From the sequence record SRR2962707_4385: 44,049 nt of DNA. One strand, written 5' to 3'. The translations under genes were made by a program, and so were the position numbers. Below are positions 9,890 through 19,515 of this stretch, piece after piece. The notes beneath the pieces are model-generated. The model was not told the origin of the DNA and searched no databases. It saw only the letters and a program-made list of their open reading frames with translations. Every line of letters starts with the position of its first letter. Position 1 is the first letter of the stretch.

Positions 9890-10338
9890 TCACATTAAAG
9901 CCAGGCGACAAAGCACCAGATTTCGAAAGTAAGGATCAGGATGGGAATCCAATAAAACTATCCGATTATAAAGGAAAAAAGGTAGTATTCTACTTCTACC
10001 CAAAAGACAACACCCCTGGGTGTACCGCTGAGTCATGTAATCTCAGAGACAATTACGAAGAACTTCAAAAACAAGGATATGAGGTGCTGGGAGTAAGTAG
10101 TGATGGAGAAAAATCACATCAGAAATTCATAGCCAAACATGAACTCCCTTTTAAGCTGATTGCGGATGAAGACAAGTCTGTTCATGAAGCTTATGGCACT
10201 TGGGACTTAAAGAAGTTTATGGGTAAAGAATACATGGGCACACTGAGAACTACGTTTATTATTGACGAAGAAGGAAAGATTGAGGAAGTGATAGAAAAAG
10301 TAAAAACAAAGGATCATACTGCTCAGATTTTGAAATAG
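9886..10338 (+). CDS. bcp: Thioredoxin-dependent thiol peroxidase (BCP/PrxQ)
   Basis: FYFYPKDNTPGCTAESC (PxxxTxxCxxxxC) and RTTFIID. Confidence 0.93.
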   Translation: MITLKPGDKAPDFESKDQDGNPIKLSDYKGKKVVFYFYPKDNTPGCTAESCNLRDNYEELQKQGYEVLGVSSDGEKSHQKFIAKHELPFKLIADEDKSVHEAYGTWDLKKFMGKEYMGTLRTTFIIDEEGKIEEVIEKVKTKDHTAQILK

Positions 10339-10343
10339 AATTA

Positions 10344-10376
10344 AGTCGTCCTACCACTTTTAGTGGTAGGACGACT
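10344..10376. terminator. Perfect 15-bp inverted repeat between convergent bcp and M28 genes; probable bidirectional terminator
   Basis: AGTCGTCCTACCACT-TTT-AGTGGTAGGACGACT lies in the 44-bp convergent gap. The U-tracts are weak. Confidence 0.65.
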
Positions 10377-10382
10377 AAGTTT

Positions 10383-11717
10383 TTATCTCTTCACTTCTGC
10401 TGGAAATACTACCAAACTTTCGTTTCCATCTTTTCCAACGGCAGATACTCCGAAAAAGTAGTTATCGATCACAATGCCCTTTAGAGTAAATTCTGTTTTA
10501 TCCTTATCTACATTGTAAAACATATCCCAGGTTGGGGAAGTTGTCTCTCTAAAATACACCTTATAACCAGCCAAGTTTGCGTAATCCACAGCATCCCAAT
10601 AAAGTGTTGTTGAAGGCTCTACAGCTCCACTAATAGCAACATTTTCAGGTTCAGGAGGTGCAGATGCTAATGCAGCTAGTGTGATTGCATTCACCGCAGT
10701 AAGTTTTGCTGCATATTCAAAGTTGACATGTTCGATCACATCTCCATATTTAATTCCATTTTCTACTCGAATGTCTTGGTGCTGTTGGGTATAATTTTCA
10801 TGCGCCTCCATGATCCTCACCCCGGCAAATCCTGCATCACAAAATGGACGGTGGTGTCCACCTCTTCCAAAACGATCTAAACGGTAAATCATCATGGGAT
10901 TCATTTCAGGCATGTAAGTCTTCGTCATTGTATAGACATAGCGAGCAAGCTGTCGTGATATGCCGTCTACTTCACCACCATAATACCTTCTCATACGCTG
11001 TTGAAAGTCAGAATCTGTTGGGTTAGTCGGTTCAGAAAAAATACGAAAAGTACGATTATCGATCACGCCATCAACACCCTTGATGTTACCAATCATATCG
11101 TTGTTAAGCACACCAACTATCTCCCACCCTTCTTCTATAGCCTTAGCCGCCAGGTGCTTACCACCATAAAGTCCCTGCTCTTCACCAGAAAGACCTACTA
11201 ATAAGATTGAGCTTTCAAAATCATACTTAGATAGTATCCGAGCTGCTTCAATCACCCCGGCCATTCCGGATGCATTGTCATTTGCCCCGGGTGAGTCATC
11301 GGTATAGTTCAGCGGATCTGAAACCCGGCTATCAATATCCCCAGCCATTATGATGTACCTGTTTGGATAAGTGGTACCTCGTTTGATCGCCAGCACATTC
11401 ACAATTTCTGTATCCCTGGTAATACGTGTCTTCGCATTGCCCTTTTCTAAGGTTCGCTGCATAGACACCTCGTAGCATCCACCACATTCCTCAGATATCT
11501 TTTCAAATTCGGATTTGATCCACCTCCGAGCAGCTCCAATTCCCCGGGTGTCAGATTCAGTTTCAGACATGGTGTGCCTGGTGCCAAACGAAACTAATTT
11601 TTGGATGTCCTTTTCTATTCGGTCGGCATTGACGTCTTGAATGATTTGGTAGGGGGTTTGGGCGTTGGAAAAAGTGAATGTCGTTAATATACAGAAGAGT
11701 AGGCTTAAGATTTTCAT
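10383..11717 (-). CDS. M28 family metallopeptidase with a C-terminal fibronectin-III-like domain
   Basis: Signal peptide; GDIDSR, PGANDNASG, GEEQGLYG, LNNDMIG, GGHHRPF and QHQD. The C-terminal LYWD..GYKVY..YFFGVSAV resembles FN3. Confidence 0.88.
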   Translation of the reverse strand: MKILSLLFCILTTFTFSNAQTPYQIIQDVNADRIEKDIQKLVSFGTRHTMSETESDTRGIGAARRWIKSEFEKISEECGGCYEVSMQRTLEKGNAKTRITRDTEIVNVLAIKRGTTYPNRYIIMAGDIDSRVSDPLNYTDDSPGANDNASGMAGVIEAARILSKYDFESSILLVGLSGEEQGLYGGKHLAAKAIEEGWEIVGVLNNDMIGNIKGVDGVIDNRTFRIFSEPTNPTDSDFQQRMRRYYGGEVDGISRQLARYVYTMTKTYMPEMNPMMIYRLDRFGRGGHHRPFCDAGFAGVRIMEAHENYTQQHQDIRVENGIKYGDVIEHVNFEYAAKLTAVNAITLAALASAPPEPENVAISGAVEPSTTLYWDAVDYANLAGYKVYFRETTSPTWDMFYNVDKDKTEFTLKGIVIDNYFFGVSAVGKDGNESLVVFPAEVKR

Positions 11718-11745
11718 AGATATGGTTGTGATTAATTAGCTATTT

Positions 11746-11753
11746 CAAATATA
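11746..11753 (-). promoter_or_regulatory. Bacteroidota -7 element upstream of the M28 peptidase gene
   Basis: The minus strand reads TATATTTG, 28 bp before the ATG at 11717. Confidence 0.55.
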
Positions 11754-11838
11754 TCAACAAACTCTTCAACTCATAAGAAGGTATGTCCTTTTTGACACCA
11801 CCCTGAAATAGGTTTTCAATATCAACAAGAAAGAAGTT

Positions 11839-12534
11839 TTAGAACTCCTCAAAAACTTTCATCAGGAGAGGCTCATTTCTAAAGTCACCCTTCAAAGTAT
11901 CAAGATAGTTGGATAAAGTAGGATATTTATTGGACTTCAATTCTATATTTCTCTTACCAACCTTTAACCTTAATGGTTCATTATTCTCCTCCTGTTTCAT
12001 GATATAGTATTCTGGGTCCTTTTTTACATAAGCGTCTTTTGTGCCCGGAATTATTCCATCTGATACCCTGCCTTCCTTGATTTCACAAATATGTTTTTTG
12101 AGAAGAATGACCTTATCAGTTGAGACCAACACTTCAAAAAAACCAAAATAACCTGCTGAATATATACTTCCGATAAATTTTTTGCCTTCAATTAAGAAAT
12201 ACTTGACCTGTTCCCGTTCATCAAGACGAAACAAATTGTCTTCAATTTGGATAATCAGTTCTTCAGATTCAATGTGGTATTTTCCCTCTTGCGCTACAGA
12301 CCTTACTCCATTCAATCTTTCTATTTCAATTTTTTTCCAGTCATCATAAAGATAAGGTGATCCCTCAATGTCTTTATTAGCCTGTGGCTCACCGTAATAT
12401 GTTATTGAAGCTGGCATTATCTCAACTTTATCATTTTGAGCATAGTTGTTTTGAGAAAAGCCATTATGAACACAGAGTAATATTGTCCCTGAAATGAAAT
12501 AGGTGAATAAGTTTATGCTTCTTTGTATCATCAT
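11839..12534 (-). CDS. Hypothetical exported protein
   Basis: 231-aa ORF with a signal-peptide-like N-terminus ending ..GFS-Q. The motifs EGSPYLYDDW and GFFEVL resemble common Bacteroidota hypothetical proteins. The start could be 12534 or 12531. Confidence 0.7.
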   Translation of the reverse strand: MMIQRSINLFTYFISGTILLCVHNGFSQNNYAQNDKVEIMPASITYYGEPQANKDIEGSPYLYDDWKKIEIERLNGVRSVAQEGKYHIESEELIIQIEDNLFRLDEREQVKYFLIEGKKFIGSIYSAGYFGFFEVLVSTDKVILLKKHICEIKEGRVSDGIIPGTKDAYVKKDPEYYIMKQEENNEPLRLKVGKRNIELKSNKYPTLSNYLDTLKGDFRNEPLLMKVFEEF

Positions 12535-12701
12535 ATTAAAATATTTTTGATAACTGCTATTTAAAATTATTTTCCATTATTGAAAAAGCCATGTTTTTTT
12601 CAGGATCTTTTCCTTCCATTCTACCCATCTAGTCTTTTTCTGAATAAAGCTCTCCAAAGGGGTTGTAAAGACTGGAATGACTTTGAAAATATATAATACA
12701 T

Positions 12702-12735
12702 AAAAAAAAAGAGGTGTCCAAATCAAGACACCTCT
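12702..12735 (-). terminator. Intrinsic terminator of the susC-susD operon
   Basis: The plus strand has an A-run then AGAGGTGTC-caaatcaa-GACACCTCT. On the minus strand this is a 9-bp stem followed by a U-run, 26 bp after the susD stop. Confidence 0.8.
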
Positions 12736-12761
12736 CTTTAAAAAATTAAAATCCTTTCCTA

Positions 12762-14204
12762 TCAGCTAGGATCCCACCATAATCTGGTATCAAGGTTGTC
12801 AGCTCCTTGAGAAGAGACCGCAGCTTCGTAGTTTTCTTTATTCAGGTCAGCCTCAGAAGTTGGATATCCTTGTCTAACTGGGATTTCACCACTATTGTTC
12901 AGTGGATCCGGGGCAGGAGTTAATACAGGGAATCCAATCCTTCTCCATTCACTCCATGCTTCATATCCCTGCATGTACATTGCTACCCATTTTTGCTCTC
13001 CAATTAGCTGCATCGCATTTGCTGGATTCCAGGCTACATTTGGCTCGGCAATATAGTTTGCATAATCTGCAGCATTGTATACACCCCACTGTTCCATTGA
13101 AGCCTGAATACCAGCTTCATAATGACTTTGAGCTGTACCTGTCACATTCCATCCATTCAAAGCAGCTTCAGCCAAAAAGAATTCAACCTGTGCTACAGTA
13201 AATACTGGAAGAGGTGCGTCTTGGGTATTGATTATATCATCTGTGATAAACGAAACTGAACTATTTGTAATATCACCAGCATCAATAATTCCATACGGCA
13301 TACCAACATACGTATTTGTCTCAAGTGCTGGTTCAGCAAAAGCAGGCAACCTGGGGTCGTTTGCTACAGACATGAAGTCTACTAATGTTTCACTTATTGC
13401 ATAGTCAGTCCTAGTGATAAACCTACCATACCAAGGGTTTTGGTTATTGGTCTCCGCAAGAAAGGAATACATAACATCTGAGCTAATAACACCGTCACTT
13501 ACTGCGTCTTCAAATTCACTTTGAGCTGTAGAAGCCATGGAAGCTACTCCAGACATTCTCATTGCTACACACATTCTCAATGTATTAGCAAACTCAGCCC
13601 ATCTGGTCATATTACCCCCAAATAATATATCTCCTGTTGGTCCTGCACCACCATCCATTTGAGCGACGGCCTCTTTTAGCTCATCAATCAAATCTGCATA
13701 GATAGTTTCTTGCATATCATAAGAAGGACTAAAATCAGCAGAACCTTGCAGAGCTTGAGAGTATGGCAAAGCTCCCCATCTGTCCGTAAGCACTTGAAAA
13801 ATATAGGCCCGCAATATTCTTGCAACAGCTATTTGGTTGTTATTGCTTCCAAAAGCACTTGCAGCGGGTGCTGTTTCCTCGTCGGTGTTTGCATCAATAA
13901 TAGCTTGCAAATTTGCCAAAGGACCCGTATACCATCCGTTAAAATCGAACTGAACCGTATTATATCGTGAAGCCTCAGTATACTGAGTTTCTGATAAATG
14001 CTGTACATACAAAACCGGAGTTGTTGCTCCAATTAAATCGTCTATTCCTAATTCTGTATCAGAACCAGTAAACACTCCGGTTAACAATGTAGATACCGGA
14101 GCTGTAGAAGGCTCATTAGGATCCACATTCATGTCACCAAAATCATCACACGCTGATACCAGCAGTAATGCGAATAGTGAATAAAATATATTTCTAATTT
14201 TCAT
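12762..14204 (-). CDS. susD: SusD/RagB family nutrient-binding outer membrane lipoprotein
   Basis: Lipobox LVSA-C then DDFGDMNVDPN. Motifs LTDRWGALPYSQA, NDPRL, QKWVA..QGYEAWSEWRR.GFP and RLWWD. Lies 11 bp downstream of susC. The symbol is a family-level call. Confidence 0.92.
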   Translation of the reverse strand: MKIRNIFYSLFALLLVSACDDFGDMNVDPNEPSTAPVSTLLTGVFTGSDTELGIDDLIGATTPVLYVQHLSETQYTEASRYNTVQFDFNGWYTGPLANLQAIIDANTDEETAPAASAFGSNNNQIAVARILRAYIFQVLTDRWGALPYSQALQGSADFSPSYDMQETIYADLIDELKEAVAQMDGGAGPTGDILFGGNMTRWAEFANTLRMCVAMRMSGVASMASTAQSEFEDAVSDGVISSDVMYSFLAETNNQNPWYGRFITRTDYAISETLVDFMSVANDPRLPAFAEPALETNTYVGMPYGIIDAGDITNSSVSFITDDIINTQDAPLPVFTVAQVEFFLAEAALNGWNVTGTAQSHYEAGIQASMEQWGVYNAADYANYIAEPNVAWNPANAMQLIGEQKWVAMYMQGYEAWSEWRRIGFPVLTPAPDPLNNSGEIPVRQGYPTSEADLNKENYEAAVSSQGADNLDTRLWWDPS

Positions 14205-14215
14205 TTTCTTATAGA

Positions 14216-17200
14216 TTAAAGTCCCAACTTAACATTAAAACCAAGCGATCTTACACCTGGCAGAACACCTCCTTCTACCGCGTTGTATCCTCCAATACCT
14301 TCAGCAATTTCTGATGGGTCAATACCGTCTACATTGCTTTTGATTAGCCATAAGTTTCTTCCGATAACAGCAACAGAAATAGTATTAAACGGTGTTTTCG
14401 AAGTAATTCCTTGCGGAATGTTATAACCGAGTCTCACCTCTCTTAGTTTGATGAAAGATGCATCGTATAACCAGTTTTCATTTATTCCAAACAAGTTGCC
14501 AAAATAGCTTTGTGCCTCTACTTGATGGGTTACAGGATCACCATTCACATCAACTGCATTAACAGTGACTCCACCTCCATCAGCTAAAGGATCACGTATT
14601 GGATTACCCAACTCGTTATTACCAACTGTTTCAATACCAAGTCCAGAATATGCGTTAAACATTCTGGTAATTGAATGGAACTGGCCTCCTTTTTGGAAAT
14701 CTACGAAAAGACTCAATGACAGATTTTTGTAATAGAAAGTATTTCTAAGACCTCCGGTAAAATCAGGTAGGATGCTTCCTAATTCCTTACTCGCTTCATA
14801 TAAATAATATCCGTCATCATCAACCATAGGTATACCATTGCTTGGATGATCAATTGGGTTGCCCTCACCATCGGTAGCTTGATATCTTGCAAATCCACCA
14901 CCAGTTAGAGAATACATCTCTTCACCAACCCTAGCATTTACTCTCAATCCTCCCCATCCATCTGATAGAGCAAGCTGCAATTCTCGGTTATCTAAACCCT
15001 CAGCAAGTGCAATAACACTGGATCTGTTTCGAGCAAGGTTAAAGTTGATATCCCAAGAAAAAGTTTCTGTCTTAACAGGTGTACCTGTCAACATAAGTTC
15101 AATACCTTTTGACTCAATCTCTCCTGCATTGACAATGGCCGTATTGTAACCACTTGATCCTGGTACAGTCAAATCAATGATTTGATCTTCAACATTGTTT
15201 TTGTAATAGTTGAAATCGATCCCCAACCTGTCTTCCAGAAATCTTAAATCTATTCCAATTTCAAAATTAGTTGATAGTTGAGGCTTCAAATCACTGTTTA
15301 CCAAGGTATTGTCAACAGAAAGAACAGCATTTGATCCATAAGGATTTCCTACGCTATAGGTACTATTGATGTTATATGGATCCACATCTGATCCAACCTG
15401 AGCAAGGCTTCCTCTTACTTTTCCAAAACTCAAGAAACTAGTTGGAAGAAGCTCAGAGAAAACCAAACTAAGAGATGCTGATGGGTAGAAATATCCATTA
15501 TTACCTGCAGGTAATGAAGAAGACCAGTCTTGTCTTCCGGTCAAGTCAAGGTATACAAAATCTCTAAATCCAAGACTTGTACTGAAATACAAGCTATTAA
15601 CTTGCTTTTCTTCTCTATATGTATCCGTAGTAGGTCGGTCAATAGATGCAGCAATGTCATAGTATCCTGCTACAGAAAGACCTCCAACGGTGCTTGCTCT
15701 TGAACTCGTATAATAGTTCTTCCGTATGTTACCTCCAATGTTTGTATTAAGAGAAAATTCGCTAAAAGAAGTATTATGCTCTAGCAAGAACTCATAGTTA
15801 TTCTCTCTTCCATTCCTTAGCCTATATTCGTAGCTATCCAAATTCAATCCACCTGATGCTTCTATTTCTTCAACTCGAAGTGTATACTGATCGGATCTTA
15901 AGAAGCCAGATATCTTCAAATTATCAAGAATCTTATAAGAAATTGATAAGTTTCCAAAGACTCGATCTCGATTATCTGTAGCCACATTCTCATAAAGCTC
16001 CCAATATGGGTTGTTCCAATATAATGGCTGTGATGGGGTTGTTCCACCAGCTATATCAGCTGCTCTAATATTCCAAAAACGCTGAGTTCCATCAGGATTT
16101 TTATACTGAGCTAATCTATCCATATCAAGCTGTCTCTGAAACCATTGATTTAAGGAACTAACCGGACCAGTTCCATAACCAAGTGCAGGTCTTCCCTTAC
16201 CTCTTGTATTAATATAGTTTATGCTGGTGGATGTACTTAACCTTTCGGTCAAATCCAATGATCCATTGAAGCTCATGCTATATTTATCCAATTCACTATT
16301 AGGAAGTACCCCATTCTGATTAAGCGAACCTATGGACAATCTGAAAGCCGAGTTTTCACCCCCTCCTGTCAGAGAAAGGTTATTATTCATACTAACTCCA
16401 GTCTCGAAGAAATCCCTCACATTGTCTTTGTTAGGGGTTAAAGGACGCAATTCACCAAATTGGTCTCCTGGAAACCAGCTATCCCAGTGTCTTACAGGAG
16501 TTCCATCCATTCTTGGCCCCCAGCTTTCATCAGCTGCATAATTAAGCATTGGATCTCCATCAAAGGATGCCCAACTTGCAGGATGCACGGCTGGATTATA
16601 AGTAAATGTAGATAACGTTTGAGTATATCCACCAGCATACTCATTCTGGTATTCTGGAAGAACATACACCCTGTCGAAAGTAGTTGAATGATTAAAATCA
16701 ACTCCTATACCAGCTCCTTTTTTACCTTTCTTAGTGGTTATTATAATTACACCGTTTGACCCTCTTTGTCCATAAAGCGCCGCTGCAGAAGGACCCTTTA
16801 GTACAGTCACCGATGCAATATCATTGGGGTTAATATCCCCGGCTAGGTTTCCGTAATCTCTTTCACCACTATAATGTGTCCTACCAGTAGGTCCAAATGA
16901 GGTATTGGAAATAGGAGTTCCATCAACTACGAACAATGGGCTAGACTCTCCCAAAGTTGTAGCTCCTCTTAATCTTATTTTTGTAGAACCACCAAGGTTA
17001 GCTCCTGAAGACCCAATTACCTGAACACCTGCAACCTTTCCTGTGAGAGAACTAACAATGTTATTCTCACTAACCATATTTAGTTGATCCCCGTCAACCT
17101 CCTGCACCGCATATCCAAGAGATGCCTTTTCACGATCTATACCCAAGGCCGTCACCACAACTTCTTGTAGCTCTGTGGCACCTCCCATAGAAATGTCAAT

Positions 17201-17464
17201 AGTTGTTCTGGCCCCAACTTCAACTTCTTGAGTTTCAAATCCAACATAGGAAAAAACAAGCGTAGCGCCATCATCAACTGCTAAACGGAAATTTCCGTCC
17301 AAATCAGTTTGCGCTCCGGTAGTCGTGCCCTTAATAAGCACGTTCACCCCTGGTAGTGGTTCACCCGATTCGTCGGTGACCTTACCAGTAACGGTCTTTT
17401 GCGCTAAAGCATTAAATGATATTAACGTCAATAGCGCAAAACATAGTAGTAAAATCCTCTTCAT
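14216..17464 (-). CDS. susC: SusC/RagA family TonB-dependent outer membrane transporter
   Basis: Signal peptide, N-terminal extension (VTGKVTD..GEPLPGVNV), LQEVVVTALG, plug motifs PLFVVDG and DIASVTVLKGPSAAALYG.RGSNGVIIITTK, barrel end DASFIKLREV..GFNVKLGL. The symbol is a family-level call. Confidence 0.95.
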   Translation of the reverse strand: MKRILLLCFALLTLISFNALAQKTVTGKVTDESGEPLPGVNVLIKGTTTGAQTDLDGNFRLAVDDGATLVFSYVGFETQEVEVGARTTIDISMGGATELQEVVVTALGIDREKASLGYAVQEVDGDQLNMVSENNIVSSLTGKVAGVQVIGSSGANLGGSTKIRLRGATTLGESSPLFVVDGTPISNTSFGPTGRTHYSGERDYGNLAGDINPNDIASVTVLKGPSAAALYGQRGSNGVIIITTKKGKKGAGIGVDFNHSTTFDRVYVLPEYQNEYAGGYTQTLSTFTYNPAVHPASWASFDGDPMLNYAADESWGPRMDGTPVRHWDSWFPGDQFGELRPLTPNKDNVRDFFETGVSMNNNLSLTGGGENSAFRLSIGSLNQNGVLPNSELDKYSMSFNGSLDLTERLSTSTSINYINTRGKGRPALGYGTGPVSSLNQWFQRQLDMDRLAQYKNPDGTQRFWNIRAADIAGGTTPSQPLYWNNPYWELYENVATDNRDRVFGNLSISYKILDNLKISGFLRSDQYTLRVEEIEASGGLNLDSYEYRLRNGRENNYEFLLEHNTSFSEFSLNTNIGGNIRKNYYTSSRASTVGGLSVAGYYDIAASIDRPTTDTYREEKQVNSLYFSTSLGFRDFVYLDLTGRQDWSSSLPAGNNGYFYPSASLSLVFSELLPTSFLSFGKVRGSLAQVGSDVDPYNINSTYSVGNPYGSNAVLSVDNTLVNSDLKPQLSTNFEIGIDLRFLEDRLGIDFNYYKNNVEDQIIDLTVPGSSGYNTAIVNAGEIESKGIELMLTGTPVKTETFSWDINFNLARNRSSVIALAEGLDNRELQLALSDGWGGLRVNARVGEEMYSLTGGGFARYQATDGEGNPIDHPSNGIPMVDDDGYYLYEASKELGSILPDFTGGLRNTFYYKNLSLSLFVDFQKGGQFHSITRMFNAYSGLGIETVGNNELGNPIRDPLADGGGVTVNAVDVNGDPVTHQVEAQSYFGNLFGINENWLYDASFIKLREVRLGYNIPQGITSKTPFNTISVAVIGRNLWLIKSNVDGIDPSEIAEGIGGYNAVEGGVLPGVRSLGFNVKLGL

Positions 17465-17661
17465 ACTTACTTTGTTTTGTTAAAAAATTAAGTTACTAAG
17501 CCCTAAAGAAAGCTAATTGCGGGATATATCTCAAGAAAATGACCATTTATCTAAGGATTTAGTTGTTTTATCAAATAAAATCAACCTTTGTGGAATTTAA
17601 CGCTGGGGTAATTTTGAGGTACTCTTTATTTAATAAGGCCCTCTCAATCAATCAGGATTAT

Positions 17662-17669
17662 TACATTTG
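17662..17669 (+). promoter_or_regulatory. Bacteroidota -7 element upstream of transketolase
   Basis: TACATTTG lies 22 bp before the ATG at 17692. Confidence 0.6.
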
Positions 17670-17691
17670 CCAACTTGAAAATATAAGCCCA

Positions 17692-18543
17692 ATGTCAACC
17701 CCCCCTAATCTGGAAAACCTTCAGAAAATTTGTTCTCAAGTCCGACGAGATATCGTACGAATGGTGCATGCCGTAAACTCCGGACACCCAGGTGGATCAC
17801 TTGGATGTACTGAGTATTTTGTGGCACTGTACAATCATATCATGAAATATGATTCTTCTTTTAATATGCAGGGAAAAAATGAAGATGTTTTCTTTCTTTC
17901 AAATGGTCATATTTCTCCGGTGTTCTACAGCACACTCGCCAGAGCCGGTTTTTTTGATATTTCAGAGCTTTCCACATTCAGGAAACTGGACTCAAGACTG
18001 CAAGGACACCCTGCAACTGAAGAGGGGCTGCCGGGTGTAAGAATTGCTTCAGGGTCACTTGGTCAGGGACTTTCAGCTGCCATTGGAGTGGCTTTAGCTA
18101 AAAAATTGGATGGAGATGATCGAAATGTGTTTGTATTGATGGGAGATGGCGAACAACAGGAAGGACAGATTTGGGAAGCTGCAATGTTCGCTGCTCATAA
18201 TAAGGTTGATAATCTCATTGCTACCATCGATTACAATGGTCAGCAAATTGATGGTCCATTGGAAGAAGTTAATAGTCTTGGTGACCTGAAAGCTAAATAT
18301 GAGGCCTTTGGGTGGGAGGTGCTGGAATGCAATGGCAATGAATTAGAACAAATAATTGAAACATTGGAAAAAGCTCGATCTAAGTCGGGAAATGGCAAAC
18401 CGATCATGATCCTCATGACCACCGAAATGGGCAAAGGTGTTGACTTTATGGAAGGAACGCATAAGTGGCATGGTGTGGCACCAAATGATGAGCAACTGGT
18501 AGATGCCCTTGGCCAATTAGAAGAAACGTTAGGAGATTACTAA
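17692..18543 (+). CDS. tkt: Transketolase, N-terminal (TPP-binding) subunit
   Basis: GHPGGSLG, LSNGH, LQGHP, GSLGQG, the ThDP motif GDGEQQEGQIWEA..DYNGQQIDG and KWHG. The start is moved from TTG 17563 to ATG 17692, downstream of the promoter box. Confidence 0.92.
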   Translation: MSTPPNLENLQKICSQVRRDIVRMVHAVNSGHPGGSLGCTEYFVALYNHIMKYDSSFNMQGKNEDVFFLSNGHISPVFYSTLARAGFFDISELSTFRKLDSRLQGHPATEEGLPGVRIASGSLGQGLSAAIGVALAKKLDGDDRNVFVLMGDGEQQEGQIWEAAMFAAHNKVDNLIATIDYNGQQIDGPLEEVNSLGDLKAKYEAFGWEVLECNGNELEQIIETLEKARSKSGNGKPIMILMTTEMGKGVDFMEGTHKWHGVAPNDEQLVDALGQLEETLGDY

Positions 18544-18558
18544 AACCACCAAATACGA

Positions 18559-19515
18559 ATGAAAACAAAGCTTACTTATACTGATAAAAAAGATACACGT
18601 TCCGGGTTTGGTGATGGCCTTTTGGAGGCTGCAAAAAGTAACCCTAACATCGTAGGACTTTGTGCGGACCTTACAGGCTCATTGAAAATGAATGCTTTTC
18701 AAAAGGAGTTTCCTGAACGGTTTTTTCAGGTGGGCATTGCAGAGGCAAATATGATGGGGATTGCAGCTGGACTCGCTACTGCAGGAAAAATCCCTTTTAC
18801 AGGCACCTTCGCTAATTTCTCAACAAGTAGAGTTTACGATCAGCTCAGACAATCAATCGCTTACTCGGAAAAAAATGTAAAAGTCTGTGCCTCGCATGCC
18901 GGATTGACTTTGGGAGAGGATGGAGCCACCCATCAGGTGCTTGAAGATATTGGTATGACTAAAATGCTTCCAAATTTCACAGTAATTAATCCGTGTGATT
19001 ACCACCAAACAAAGGCGGCTACCCTGGCAATATCCAAACACGAAGGTCCGGTGTATTTACGTTTTGGAAGACCTGGCTGGCCCATGTTTATGGAGAATCA
19101 GCCATTTGAAATCGGTAAAGCAATTACCTTAATTGAAGGAAGCGACGTTTCTATTTTCGCTACAGGTCATATGGTGTGGAGAGCAATTGAGGCAGAAGCT
19201 GAGCTGGCTGAACAAGGTATCTCTGCAGAAGTTATCAATATACATACAATCAAACCTCTAGACGAGGCTGCTATTCTTCAGTCTATTTCAAAAACTCGCT
19301 GTGCTGTTTCTGCTGAAGAACACCAAATGGCGGGAGGTCTTGGAGAAAGCATTGCTCAAACAATCGTGAGAAATGATCTCGTTCCTCAGGAATTCGTTGC
19401 TGTGAACGATCAGTTTGGAGAGAGTGGAAAGCCAGCAGACTTACTCGACAAGTATGGTCTTGGAGTGAAAGACATTGTGGAGAAAGCTAAGAAGGCTATC
19501 CAACGAAAAGGCTAA
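18559..19515 (+). CDS. tkt: Transketolase, C-terminal subunit
   Basis: ADLTGS, GIAEANM, GEDGATHQ, GPVYLRFGR, IKPLD, EEHQ..GGLG and FGESG. Confidence 0.92.
   Translation: MKTKLTYTDKKDTRSGFGDGLLEAAKSNPNIVGLCADLTGSLKMNAFQKEFPERFFQVGIAEANMMGIAAGLATAGKIPFTGTFANFSTSRVYDQLRQSIAYSEKNVKVCASHAGLTLGEDGATHQVLEDIGMTKMLPNFTVINPCDYHQTKAATLAISKHEGPVYLRFGRPGWPMFMENQPFEIGKAITLIEGSDVSIFATGHMVWRAIEAEAELAEQGISAEVINIHTIKPLDEAAILQSISKTRCAVSAEEHQMAGGLGESIAQTIVRNDLVPQEFVAVNDQFGESGKPADLLDKYGLGVKDIVEKAKKAIQRKG

Noticed and set aside
11325-11345. M28 first metal ligand reads GDID rather than GHxD
   Set aside because: As far as I recall this is a common variant of this Bacteroidota subfamily, and the other ligands are intact.
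12617-12679. Imperfect inverted repeat (TAGTCTTT..AAAGACTG) upstream of the 231-aa hypothetical gene
   Set aside because: It is short and mismatched in AT-rich DNA, so it cannot be distinguished from chance.
17692-19515. Transketolase in two ORFs (possible frameshift or pseudogene)
   Set aside because: Both halves have clean starts, stops and intact motifs, and two-subunit transketolase is normal in Bacteroidota.
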